A stretch of 64,000 bases of DNA. Source: Clostridia bacterium. Its GTDB lineage: Bacteria; Bacillota; Clostridia; TANB77; UBA1234. A program made the translations under genes and the position numbers. The DNA lies in NCBI GenBank assembly GCA_017518295.1, contig JAFWVJ010000012.1, positions 338,010 to 402,009 of the forward strand. Direction: 5' to 3'. Positions 9,543 to 18,414 of the stretch are shown here, one piece after another (the stretch's first letter is position 1; the number at the start of each line of letters is the position of its first letter). Below the pieces are notes generated by a model. The model was not told the DNA's origin, ran no database searches, and saw only the letters and a program-made list of their open reading frames with translations.

Positions 9543-10334
9543 TTACGATTTTCTCATCTTATTTAATATTCTAATTGGAATAATAGATAAAATTATGGGT
9601 TTAAAAATATATATTAACCCTTTTGGATATAAACCTAATAATCTAAATCCTCTTACTCTAATTAAAAACTCATTAATTCTATATTTAAAAATTTGTCTTC
9701 TTTTATAAGCATCTTTATCCAAACGCCAATTATATAAGCATTCTTCTAAATTATACATTTTTACACCTTTTGCAAACATTCTCATAAATAAATCATAATC
9801 TTCAACTCTACAACAAATTTTCTCTTCATTATAACCATTGACAATATCAAAACAATACTTTTTGGCAACAATAGCTGCATGAGTAATAGGGGAATTTTTC
9901 AAAAAATCTTCCTTGCAAATACTTGATTTTCTTATAATTCTGGAATATATACCTCTATCGTCGAACAAATTAACATTACAAGTAACTAAATCAAAATTAT
10001 TATTCTTTAAAAAGTTCAATTGTTTAGAAAGTCTATCTAAAGAACAAAAATCGTCATCGTCCATCCTAGCTATATATTTTCCACGAGAAACCTTTAAACA
10101 GCAATTTAAAGCATGTGCAAGTCCTTTATTTTCATCACTATGTAAAAATATAACATTATTTCTATTCTTACAAATATCTTTTACCCAATTAAAACAGTCA
10201 TTAGTTGAACCGTCATCATATATTATCAATTCAAAGTCTTGAAATGATTGATTAAAAATTGAACTTAGAGACTTTTTTAAATAATCTTTATTCTTTGTAT
10301 TATAAATACTCATTAAAATACTAATTTCTGGCAT
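9543..10334 (-). CDS. family 2 glycosyltransferase
   Basis: ISILMSIYNTKNKDYLKKSLSSIFNQSFQDFELIIYDDGS...MDDDD. Confidence 0.8.
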   Translation of the reverse strand: MPEISILMSIYNTKNKDYLKKSLSSIFNQSFQDFELIIYDDGSTNDCFNWVKDICKNRNNVIFLHSDENKGLAHALNCCLKVSRGKYIARMDDDDFCSLDRLSKQLNFLKNNNFDLVTCNVNLFDDRGIYSRIIRKSSICKEDFLKNSPITHAAIVAKKYCFDIVNGYNEEKICCRVEDYDLFMRMFAKGVKMYNLEECLYNWRLDKDAYKRRQIFKYRINEFLIRVRGFRLLGLYPKGLIYIFKPIILSIIPIRILNKMRKS

Positions 10335-11446
10335 TTTTTTAACCTTTCCAAATAACTGTCTACAAGCTTATTATTTTCAACCAAAATATCAAAATTGCTA
10401 TTTTGTAATTTTGTTTGCATCATTCTATTTGAATTTTTAATTATTAAAATAGAATTAATCCAATCTTCAATTGGAGCATCTAAAGAAATAAAAAATAAGT
10501 TATCATTATAACAATCTAAAGATGGAACATTACTTGAACAAACACATGGCAAATAAGAGCATTGTGCCTCTAACAAAACATTTCCAAACCCTTCATATAA
10601 TGAAGGAAAAATTAATATATCCATTGCTTGATAAAACCTTTCAACGTCCTCTCTTTGACCTAATAACATTACTTTATTATGAATTTTTAAACTATCAATC
10701 AAGTTTTCTATTTCGCCTTTTAAAGGACCATCACCTATTAAAATCAACTTCGAATTAATACTACTCTTTAGAAATTCATTAAATAATTTAATTATAAATT
10801 TGTGATTTTTAACAGTAACAAACCTTCCGACATGTCCTATTACTAATGTATTCTCATCAATTCCTAATTCATTTCTAACTTTTTTCCTAATATCAGCATT
10901 AAATTTATATTTTCCAACATCAATTGCATTATTGATTATAGTTACTTTTCCACTATCAAACGCCTTATTTCCAAACTGATATCTTCCCGCTTTTTCACTG
11001 CAAGCAAAATAATCTGTAGCATATAATTTTGAAAAATGTTTAAGTACATTTTTCATAATATTTCTTTTAAATTCTTTTGGACTAGTTGTACTATGACTAT
11101 GTGCTATCCTCACTTTTACTCTAGCTTTTTTTGCTGCATATAAAGGAAATACTGAAAGTGTATTTATATTTGAATGTACTATTTGGTAATTATTCTCTTT
11201 AAAGATTCTCTTAAGCTCTTTTATATATCTAGGAAGTTTTTGATAAGGTGGACAAATTATTACTCTTCCGCCCAAAGATTCTATTTCTTCATAAGGTATG
11301 TTTGTTGAATCTTCATCACAAATAAAGTCAAACTGAATTTTGTTTCTATCTATATGACGATAATAATTCATTATTACGGCTTCAACTCCACCGCCTAACC
11401 ATTTACCCATTATTTGCGCTACTCTTATAGGCTCTATTTGTTCCAC
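10313..11446 (-). CDS. family 1 (GT4-type) glycosyltransferase
   Basis: GGVEAVIMNY N-terminus; C-terminal EGFGNVLLEAQ motif. Confidence 0.8.
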   Translation of the reverse strand: MEQIEPIRVAQIMGKWLGGGVEAVIMNYYRHIDRNKIQFDFICDEDSTNIPYEEIESLGGRVIICPPYQKLPRYIKELKRIFKENNYQIVHSNINTLSVFPLYAAKKARVKVRIAHSHSTTSPKEFKRNIMKNVLKHFSKLYATDYFACSEKAGRYQFGNKAFDSGKVTIINNAIDVGKYKFNADIRKKVRNELGIDENTLVIGHVGRFVTVKNHKFIIKLFNEFLKSSINSKLILIGDGPLKGEIENLIDSLKIHNKVMLLGQREDVERFYQAMDILIFPSLYEGFGNVLLEAQCSYLPCVCSSNVPSLDCYNDNLFFISLDAPIEDWINSILIIKNSNRMMQTKLQNSNFDILVENNKLVDSYLERLKKCQKLVF

Positions 11447-11549
11447 TTTCTCACTTCCTTTTCGCTAGTCTCATAGCTTTTGAATTCTATCATAATTATG
11501 TTTACTTTTCAAGCATTTTGTTAACTTTTTATGTTGATTTTATTTGATG

Positions 11550-11592
11550 TTTTTTCATTAAAAAAGGAAGCATCCAATTGCTTCCTTAAATT
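11550..11592 (-). terminator. rho-independent terminator after sugar transferase gene
   Basis: aggaagcatccaattgcttcct hairpin with T-run on minus strand. Confidence 0.45.
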
Positions 11593-11629
11593 CCTATTTA
11601 TTGTGGCGACCAAAGGCACCGATACGTAT

Positions 11630-12355
11630 TTACTGAACCCCTGTCTTTTTAACTACAGCCTTAATTGTCTTCAATATACATTGCATATCTAGGCCTACAG
11701 AGGCATTATCTACGTAGTAATACTCTAAATTTAATCTTTCTTGGTAAGTTGTATCATTTCTTCCGTTACATCCCCACCATCCTGTTATTCCAGGTCTCAT
11801 AGCTTCATATCTTGTATGATCTCCACCATGAGCATCTAACTCGCCATTTACTAGTGGTCTAGGTCCTATTAAGCTCATATCTCCTTTTAGCACGTTAAAG
11901 AATTGTGGTATCTCATCTATTGATGTCTTTCTCAATACATTTCCTATTTTTGTGATTCTTGGGTCATTCTTAAGCTTTTGATTTTCTTGCCATTCTTTAG
12001 CAAGTTCTGGACTTTCTTTAAGTAGTTGATCTAAAACGGCATCTGCGTCAGGGCACATACTACGGAATTTATATATCTTTATTTCCTTACCATCTTTTCC
12101 AACTCTTCTTTGTTTATAAAAGATTGGACAAAAGTCTCCACTTGCCATTGTAGCTATTTTAACTCCTACTGCTACAGGAATTAAAAACGCACATCCAACT
12201 AGTCCGCATGCTATATCAAAGCCTCTTTTTACTGCTTTATAACTTAAATCATCTAATCTGTTATATGCTCTTAGTGCTCTTGTCTTACTTTTCTTTAGTA
12301 ATATCTCTGAAGAATTCTGTTCTTCAGCTTCAATTACTTTAGTATCCGCTTCCAA
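11630..12355 (-). CDS. initiating undecaprenyl-phosphate sugar phosphotransferase (bacterial sugar transferase family, WbaP/CpsE C-terminal type)
   Basis: KRGFDIACGLVGCAFLIPV...KIYKFRSM...SLIGPRP motifs. Confidence 0.8.
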   Translation of the reverse strand: MEADTKVIEAEEQNSSEILLKKSKTRALRAYNRLDDLSYKAVKRGFDIACGLVGCAFLIPVAVGVKIATMASGDFCPIFYKQRRVGKDGKEIKIYKFRSMCPDADAVLDQLLKESPELAKEWQENQKLKNDPRITKIGNVLRKTSIDEIPQFFNVLKGDMSLIGPRPLVNGELDAHGGDHTRYEAMRPGITGWWGCNGRNDTTYQERLNLEYYYVDNASVGLDMQCILKTIKAVVKKTGVQ

Positions 12356-12445
12356 TTTATTACAACTCCTACTTCTTTTTATTTCCTCGCTCTTTTGAGC
12401 AGCTTTTACATTATATATTACAAGTTAACATTTTGCAACTAAAAT

Positions 12446-12490
12446 ATATAAAAAAGCACCTCGCACTATTTAAAGTACGAGGCGCCTTTT
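12446..12490 (-). terminator. rho-independent terminator after gtrA-like gene
   Basis: ggcgcctcgtac...tgcgaggtgc hairpin plus TTTTTT on minus strand. Confidence 0.5.
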
Positions 12491-12493
12491 CTT

Positions 12494-12973
12494 TTACACA
12501 GCTTTTTGAGTCTGTTCTTTTTTGTTGAAAACCAGGAACTTGCTCAAAAAGTAATTGGCGACTATCACCAATACTTGCACAACCAACGTCCAAAAAACAA
12601 CCTCTTTATCGCTATTCATTCCCATTGCTGTAATAAATAGCCACATCAAAGCTGCTTCAAGGCCGAGCGTGCTAAGCCGTGCTCCAAAGAACTTAATGGC
12701 TTCTTTAACCACATTCGCACTCTTGCTCTTAAATACAAATCTACGATTCGTCACATAAGCAAAAGTGCATGCTGCAATCCACGAAAGCACAACTGCGATT
12801 TCCAGCTGAATGCCATCTTTAGCATCGAGCACCGTGAAAAGCAGGCCATACTTTACGAGGATAGATACCAAAGTGGTCAGCCCGCCAAAGATGACGTAGT
12901 TGATCACTTCCTGGTACTTCCAGTAAAGACTCCTGAGGATAATAAGCAGTTCTTCAATTCTGTGCCGTTTCAT
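12494..12973 (-). CDS. GtrA-family membrane protein (polysaccharide biosynthesis, flippase-associated)
   Basis: ~150 aa, 4 TM, VINYVIFGGLTTLVSILVKYGLLFTVL; paralog of 16132-16575. Confidence 0.7.
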   Translation of the reverse strand: MKRHRIEELLIILRSLYWKYQEVINYVIFGGLTTLVSILVKYGLLFTVLDAKDGIQLEIAVVLSWIAACTFAYVTNRRFVFKSKSANVVKEAIKFFGARLSTLGLEAALMWLFITAMGMNSDKEVVFWTLVVQVLVIVANYFLSKFLVFNKKEQTQKAV

Positions 12974-13080
12974 GTTGTTTTTCTCCTTTCTTTATCAAGA
13001 AATACTGTTGCTATAGGCACCATTGCAGGAAATTCCTACACTATAATATTATACCATATTATGTTAATTTCTTCAACCGT

Positions 13081-13127
13081 CGTATCGGCGACCATCGAAC
13101 ATCGTATCGGCGGTCATCGACCGCCAT
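13081..13127. repeat. GC-rich palindromic intergenic repeat (REP-like), 1.5 units
   Basis: cgtatcggcgaccatcgaacatcgtatcggcggtcatcgaccgccat. Confidence 0.7.
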
Positions 13128-13225
13128 TTATAATTGTACAAATAATTATTTTGTATTTATTGTATTGACTCATACTCATTTTATGATATAATTATATCAA
13201 TATAATATCAAAAGGAGAGATTTTT

Positions 13226-13519
13226 ATGATAATTAAAGCTTCTGCAAGTTTAAGAAATAAATATGGTGAGATTTCAAAACTAGCTCATAAGACCAATGAG
13301 CCTATTTTTATTACCAAAAATGGCGAAGGTGATCTTGTGCTAATGTCTATTGAAAAGTATGAGAGGTTGATGTCTGAAATTAAATTAATTCCTCATTTAG
13401 TAAGATCAGAAATAGATATCGAAAATGGTAACTATATTACTTATGAAGATTTCAAAAAAGAATTAAACGAAGAATATGAAGATAAAGTTGCCGAGGATGA
13501 TGAAAAATATGAAGTATAA
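13226..13519 (+). CDS. Phd/YefM-family type II antitoxin
   Basis: IFITKNGEGDLVLMSIEKYERL; overlaps start of RelE/ParE-like gene. Confidence 0.75.
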   Translation: MIIKASASLRNKYGEISKLAHKTNEPIFITKNGEGDLVLMSIEKYERLMSEIKLIPHLVRSEIDIENGNYITYEDFKKELNEEYEDKVAEDDEKYEV

Positions 13520-13802
13520 TGTTATCTTATCTAACTATGCTAAAGATAGTATTAAATCTTCTATTGATTATTATAAAACCATTAGTAACAAATATTCAGA
13601 TAGAATTTTAAACTCTGTTCAAAAATGCATAGAAAGAATATCTGAATTTCCAATGATTTATAGAACATTTGATACTAACCCTATTTATAGGCAAGCTGTT
13701 ATTTTAAAAAAATTCGTATTAATATATACAATTAATAATGATAGTATAATAATACATTATTTTTTGGAAGGTACTAATGACTTTGCACCTTTAATAAAAT
13801 AA
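13510..13802 (+). CDS. RelE/ParE-family type II toxin
   Basis: MKYNVILSNYAKDSI...RQAVILKKFVLIYTINNDSIIIHYFLEG; probable start ATG 13510 rather than ORF-track 13476. Confidence 0.7.
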
Positions 13803-13834
13803 AAAAGTGGCGATTACTCGCCACTTATTTTTTG
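13803..13834 (+). terminator. rho-independent terminator (bidirectional)
   Basis: aagtggcgattactcgccactt hairpin plus tttttt. Confidence 0.6.
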
Positions 13835-14329
13835 TCTTCTATTTTTTATCTTATAACCTATTAAATAAATTATTGCTGCTATGCATCCTCCAAATGTATC
13901 AATTAAACAATCGATTGCTAGTCCGCTTCTTCCTGGTACAAAAGTCTGATGAAGTTCATCAGTTATGCTATATAGTAAGCAAATTACTAGTGCAATCAAA
14001 ATTGCCTTTCCTATTTTCATATTCCATGTATGCTTACTTCTTAATGCTAAGATTAGTATAAATGTAAGTATCATATACTCACTCATGTGAGCAATCTTTC
14101 TTATTATTTGATTTACTCTAAATGCTTTATTCGCAAATAGCTTCTTATTTAATTCATCTGTTGCTTTATCTCTTGATCTCATTCCTGTTGCTGTTTCTAC
14201 TATCTTATCTGCCAAGCCTTGGCTTTGTCCGTCGGACTTATCTCCTTGTGTATTTGAAAATGCAAAGATTATCCCCATCCATAAAAGTATTATTAATATG
14301 TATATTATCTTTCTATTCAAGTTTATCAT
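13814..14329 (-). CDS. VanZ-family membrane protein
   Basis: DELHQTFVPGRSGLAIDCLIDTFG; ORF-track start 14359 is extended into a REP element (MATIGRRYEG), likelier start MINLNRK at 14329. Confidence 0.65.
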   Translation of the reverse strand: MINLNRKIIYILIILLWMGIIFAFSNTQGDKSDGQSQGLADKIVETATGMRSRDKATDELNKKLFANKAFRVNQIIRKIAHMSEYMILTFILILALRSKHTWNMKIGKAILIALVICLLYSITDELHQTFVPGRSGLAIDCLIDTFGGCIAAIIYLIGYKIKNRRQKISGE

Positions 14330-14334
14330 CCCTT

Positions 14335-14363
14335 CGTACCGGCGACCAATGGTCGCCACTACG
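14335..14363. repeat. GC-rich palindromic intergenic repeat (REP-like)
   Basis: cgtaccggcgaccaatggtcgccactacg. Confidence 0.7.
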
Positions 14364-14364
14364 A

Positions 14365-15165
14365 TTATAACATTCTTTCTAATATTGGGAAAGTTTTAAA
14401 AAACTTAACGATCATCTTGTCTCTATTTAGATGCTCTTTTTTAGCTCCTTCATTCATATCTATCTTGATATCTGCTAAAGCTCTGCAAGGATTAGTTTTT
14501 GTTAGTAGTTTAAATTTATCTTCGCCTACTAAATTTTTTAAGATATCAAATCCTTTTCTAGCTTTATAGTATCCTGCAACTGAATGTGCATCACTAGCCA
14601 CAAAACTTACTAAGTCTTTTTCCAAAAGTTCTTTTGTAAATGATTCAACTTCTTCACCATATTGACCAGTTAATGAGTTTGCATTCACTTGTAGCAAAGC
14701 ACCCCTTTTAACTAGCTTTATAAGCTCTTGCTTATTTGTTCTAAATCTTTCATATCTTTCTGGATAAGCAAGAACTGGAACTTTACCCATAGATACCATA
14801 CTATCTACAAGTTCTTCCAAATATGTGATTTCATCATCTTTTGTGAAAGTAAGCAAAACATATCTTGTGTCATTTAAACTTATTACATTATGCATTTTGT
14901 CTGGCATGTTTGGAAAAATTGATACTTCTTCACCCAAGTACAAATGCATATTGATTTTGTTCTTTGTAAGTTCGTTTTTGATTTTTAAGATCTTTTCTAA
15001 AAGTTCTTTTCTTGTTAGTACATTACTCTCATTATTGTAGTGAGGCGTGAAACATATAGCTTCAAACCCAACTGACTTAGCCATCTTGATCATCTTTATA
15101 GATTGCTCCAAAGACCTTGAACCATTGTCCACATCAAATATGGCATGACTATGAATGTCTATCAT
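14365..15165 (-). CDS. cpsB: CpsB/YwqE-type Mn-dependent protein-tyrosine phosphatase (PHP domain), capsule regulation
   Basis: MIDIHSHAIFDVDNGSRSLEQS signature; SD aaggag before ATG 15165. Confidence 0.8.
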   Translation of the reverse strand: MIDIHSHAIFDVDNGSRSLEQSIKMIKMAKSVGFEAICFTPHYNNESNVLTRKELLEKILKIKNELTKNKINMHLYLGEEVSIFPNMPDKMHNVISLNDTRYVLLTFTKDDEITYLEELVDSMVSMGKVPVLAYPERYERFRTNKQELIKLVKRGALLQVNANSLTGQYGEEVESFTKELLEKDLVSFVASDAHSVAGYYKARKGFDILKNLVGEDKFKLLTKTNPCRALADIKIDMNEGAKKEHLNRDKMIVKFFKTFPILERML

Positions 15166-15391
15166 ATATAATCTCCTTTGCTCTTGTCCCAAAAGTGCTG
15201 AAAAATCAGACTTTTTATTTAGAAATGGCTTAAAATAGCCATTCGCGGCAAGGCTTAATCATTATATTACTTTTAAAAAATAAATGCAAGTTTTTAAATA
15301 ATTTGTAACAAAAATGTGCGAACTTTAGTTCTGTATGATTCATAAACAAAAACCTCAAGTGCCTTAATATTGGCATTTGAGGTTTTTATTT

Positions 15392-15916
15392 TTAAATAAT
15401 TGCAAGCTTTCGCGAAAGCCATTTTCTTTTTATCTTCTTAAACCATATATGAGCATAGTAATAAAAATGGGCTCCAAGCGTTGCTCCGAGAGTGTCAATC
15501 AGACAGTCTTTTATATTTCCGCTTCTACCTGGAACAAATAGTTGATGGATCTCATCCGTGATGCTATATAAGAAACAAAATCCAATAGCAACTATTATAA
15601 TAGCCTTAAGTGGAAATCTTATAGTAAAGTTTTTGATTGCAGAAGAAACAAATACTGCCAGTATAAAGTAAATCGTAAAATGACAAAACTTTCTAAATAC
15701 CAAATGATAGTTATTAACAAAGTTATCAATTTGCTCTTGTGAATAAGTCCTGTTTACAAGTCCTATACCTCTTAGTATTTTGATTCCAAAAGTAACTGTC
15801 TTTTCAAAAAGTGCTTTAGTTTGATAAGCAGATAGTGATTCTACCGTGCCTGAATAACTAAAAATTAATCCAAGCCAAAAGATTACAAGTATAAGCACAA
15901 TAATCCGTTTTGCCAA
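15392..15916 (-). CDS. VanZ-family membrane protein (paralog)
   Basis: DEIHQLFVPGRSGNIKDCLIDTLG. Confidence 0.7.
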   Translation of the reverse strand: MAKRIIVLILVIFWLGLIFSYSGTVESLSAYQTKALFEKTVTFGIKILRGIGLVNRTYSQEQIDNFVNNYHLVFRKFCHFTIYFILAVFVSSAIKNFTIRFPLKAIIIVAIGFCFLYSITDEIHQLFVPGRSGNIKDCLIDTLGATLGAHFYYYAHIWFKKIKRKWLSRKLAII

Positions 15917-15935
15917 TTGGCTTCACAGCTCCCTT

Positions 15936-16011
15936 CGTATTGGCGACCAATGGTCGCCGGTACCAACAATCATCGATCACGTGTTTTGTATCGGCGGTCA
16001 TTGACCGCCAC
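15936..16011. repeat. GC-rich palindromic intergenic repeats (REP-like, two units)
   Basis: cgtattggcgaccaatggtcgccgg ... gtatcggcggtcattgaccgccac. Confidence 0.7.
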
Positions 16012-16090
16012 AAAAATAAAAGAATTTCATCTGAATATTTATATCATAGTTTATGTTAACATGCAACAATTTTTTCTTAGCATTAAAAAT

Positions 16091-16136
16091 GGCGACCATT
16101 GGTCGCCGGTACCGGCGATCATAGATCGCCATTATG
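16091..16136. repeat. GC-rich palindromic intergenic repeats (REP-like, two units)
   Basis: ggcgaccattggtcgccggtaccggcgatcatagatcgccat. Confidence 0.7.
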
Positions 16137-16575
16137 ATTTGTCTTCTTTCTTAAATACAAACAATTTACTTAGCACATAGTTTCCTATCATTACTAATGC
16201 TTGTGTAACAAGCGTCCAAATAAATACTTCTATCTTACTATTCATTCCTAAGAAGTTTATAAAAAACCACATACAAAGTGCTTCAAGTCCCAATGTGGCA
16301 ACTCTACCACCCATAAACTTTGCCATTTCTTTTGCTATCTTTTCTGACTTACTTTTAAATACAAATTTTCTATTTGTAAAATAAGCAAATGTACATGCGA
16401 TAAACCAAGATAAAAATACTGCTATTTGCACATGTATTTCATTTTTTGGATCTAATATTGTAAATAGTAGCCCATACTTAACAGCCAAAGATACCATTGC
16501 TGCCAAAACTCCAGCTATTAAATAATTAACTATTTCCTCATATTTAAAATATAATTCTTTAAGTTTGTCTATCAT
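16132..16575 (-). CDS. GtrA-family membrane protein (paralog)
   Basis: IVNYLIAGVLAAMVSLAVKYGLLFTIL; 4 TM. Confidence 0.7.
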   Translation of the reverse strand: MIDKLKELYFKYEEIVNYLIAGVLAAMVSLAVKYGLLFTILDPKNEIHVQIAVFLSWFIACTFAYFTNRKFVFKSKSEKIAKEMAKFMGGRVATLGLEALCMWFFINFLGMNSKIEVFIWTLVTQALVMIGNYVLSKLFVFKKEDKS

Positions 16576-16592
16576 GTTTGCTCCTTATTTTT

Positions 16593-17231
16593 TTATATCT
16601 CGACATCTTCTTTTTTAATATCTCTTTGTAGTTCAAATATGACACTTGGTAATGGAACTGTTTTATTGTTCACAACTTTACCACCACATCTTTGATAAAA
16701 GCCTAATGCTTGTTCGCGCACATCACGTGCTTCTAATTTATCTATATCTAGAGTTTTTAAGTAATCCATTGTTACATTTAATACTTTTTCGCCTAAGTGC
16801 ATTCCTCTATGTTTATCATCTACTAGTATCGCAACATCATTACTTAATGTCAAATAATTATTATCTTTTATATCTAAAGGAAATTCTTCATTTAGCATCA
16901 TATTCTTTAATCTTTCTTGTGTACAAAGCACAGCACTTCTATTTTGATTGTATAACATTACTTCCGAAAATCCTATTATAGTATTTTCTTCTGCTAGTAT
17001 AAAACTCGTTATTCTATCTGGTGCATCTTTAAAAGGTTTTTCACTCGGTGCAAAATCTTTTTCTATATAAAACATTCTCAAATTTTCATTTGGAAGTTCC
17101 ACAATAGCTTGTTTCCAACCTTTTAAATCTGTACTTGGTGATTTAATATGAGCATTTTCATCTATGACTTCTTGATTAACTTTTTTAGATTTAACTCTAC
17201 TTAATAAGTCTCTAATATCTTTTAATCTCAT
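16593..17231 (-). CDS. GNAT-family N-acetyltransferase
   Basis: ILVDDKHRGMHLGEKVLNVTMDYLK...ALGFYQRCGG; ORF-track N-terminus (to 17354) runs through a REP element, likelier start MRLKDIR at 17231 with SD gggagg. Confidence 0.65.
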   Translation of the reverse strand: MRLKDIRDLLSRVKSKKVNQEVIDENAHIKSPSTDLKGWKQAIVELPNENLRMFYIEKDFAPSEKPFKDAPDRITSFILAEENTIIGFSEVMLYNQNRSAVLCTQERLKNMMLNEEFPLDIKDNNYLTLSNDVAILVDDKHRGMHLGEKVLNVTMDYLKTLDIDKLEARDVREQALGFYQRCGGKVVNNKTVPLPSVIFELQRDIKKEDVEI

Positions 17232-17247
17232 ATAAATCACCTCCCAT

Positions 17248-17301
17248 TCGTACCGGCGACCATTGCTCGCCGCTACGTATCGGCGGTCATCGACCGCCAT
17301 C
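17248..17301. repeat. GC-rich palindromic intergenic repeats (REP-like, two units)
   Basis: cgtaccggcgaccattgctcgccgctacgtatcggcggtcatcgaccgccat. Confidence 0.7.
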
Positions 17302-17377
17302 ACAATTATATTATACCATACAATTATGTTAATGACAAAAAAATCCGAGGGCACTTGCCCTCGGTTTTCCTCCTTTT

Positions 17378-18079
17378 TTATTTTTTATCACTATATTCAA
17401 TAACGATATCTTCGCCCACAGAAACTCCATCCGGTGCAATCTTTACAGGCTCATCCGTTGTTACATCATTGTTCTTATTACTGATGTAGACAACATTTGT
17501 GGTGCCGATACGTTCCGTTGCAGGACCGTGGTGAACCGTAGCATCGAGCCATACCGTCAGGAAAATGATCAGAAGTGCCAGAATAATCAGGCCCCATACC
17601 GGAAGTTTGGAATCACTCTGCAACCATTTCTTGATATTTTCGCTGTTGAAACGGCTGGGCTTCTTTTCTTCCCGCTTATCTTCCTGCTTATCGGTCTTCT
17701 GTTCCATATAGATCATCCTTTCTTCAACTCTGCTTACCTTCCTATTAACAGAATCGATAAGCTCACTGTTGTTCTGAGAAAGTTTCAGGATGCGATCGAG
17801 CCGGTCATCTTCCATACGCTCAATCTGCTGGTTCTCAGGCTGCTGAACCGGAGCTTTCTGCTCAGTCATAGCTTTCGTGGCATCCGGAGCCTTCTTAGCA
17901 GGGCGACCTCTCTTGGCCGGTGCTTTCTGTTCAGTCGTAACCTTCTTGGTGGTCGAAGCTTTCCTGGTGGTGGTCTTCTTGGCAGTGGTTTTCTTGGTTG
18001 TAGTGTTCGTGGTGCCTTCCTCCTTTTTGTCCATAACCGGGTTAACAGATTCCACAGGGTTGTCAGGTGTCCTTTTCAT
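17378..18079 (-). CDS. hypothetical membrane protein with Lys/Thr-rich N-terminal tail containing an AT-hook-like KRGRPAKK segment; GC-rich codon usage
   Basis: N-terminal TTKKTTAKKTTTRK...AKRGRPAKKAP; single TM LIILALLIIFLTVWL; composition visibly GC-richer than flanks. Confidence 0.5.
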   Translation of the reverse strand: MKRTPDNPVESVNPVMDKKEEGTTNTTTKKTTAKKTTTRKASTTKKVTTEQKAPAKRGRPAKKAPDATKAMTEQKAPVQQPENQQIERMEDDRLDRILKLSQNNSELIDSVNRKVSRVEERMIYMEQKTDKQEDKREEKKPSRFNSENIKKWLQSDSKLPVWGLIILALLIIFLTVWLDATVHHGPATERIGTTNVVYISNKNNDVTTDEPVKIAPDGVSVGEDIVIEYSDKK

Positions 18080-18290
18080 AGCTTGGACCCTCCTTAATTA
18101 ATAATACGTTTGAAATTATATCACAAATTATGTCTACCGTCAATAAATTATGTAAATTGCAAGAACTTACTTTACTTTTTAGTTTTTACCTAATCTTATG
18201 CTTTTTATTGTATGAATATGCAAAAATTAGCTTTTTGCCAAAAACTTTATGTAAATATTTAAATATTTATGATATAATGCACTCGTTAAT

Positions 18291-18387
18291 GGCGAGCAAT
18301 GCTCGCCGATACGAAATTTGGCGAGCATTGCTCGCCTGTACGGAATTGAATTAAGCATCGTACCGGCGGTCAATGACCGCCACTACG
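18291..18387. repeat. GC-rich palindromic intergenic repeats (REP-like, three units)
   Basis: ggcgagcaatgctcgcc x2 plus cgtaccggcggtcaatgaccgccactacg. Confidence 0.7.
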
Positions 18388-18414
18388 AAAATCTAAAAGA
18401 AAGGAAGTGAATAC

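Noticed and set aside
14330-14359. N-terminal extensions MATIGRRYEG (VanZ), MPSDFF...RRYEWEVIY (GNAT, 17232-17354) and MRLGERPQVSWQSMTAGTKGAD (HAD, 41639-41704) in ORF-track calls
   Set aside because: The extensions are read-through of REP-like palindromes, which happen to be stop-free. Better starts with an SD lie downstream.
17528-18101. 189-aa and 74-aa plus-strand ORFs opposite the GC-rich 17378-18079 gene
   Set aside because: Compositional artefact of GC-rich DNA. The Leu/Arg/Phe-rich translation has no start context.
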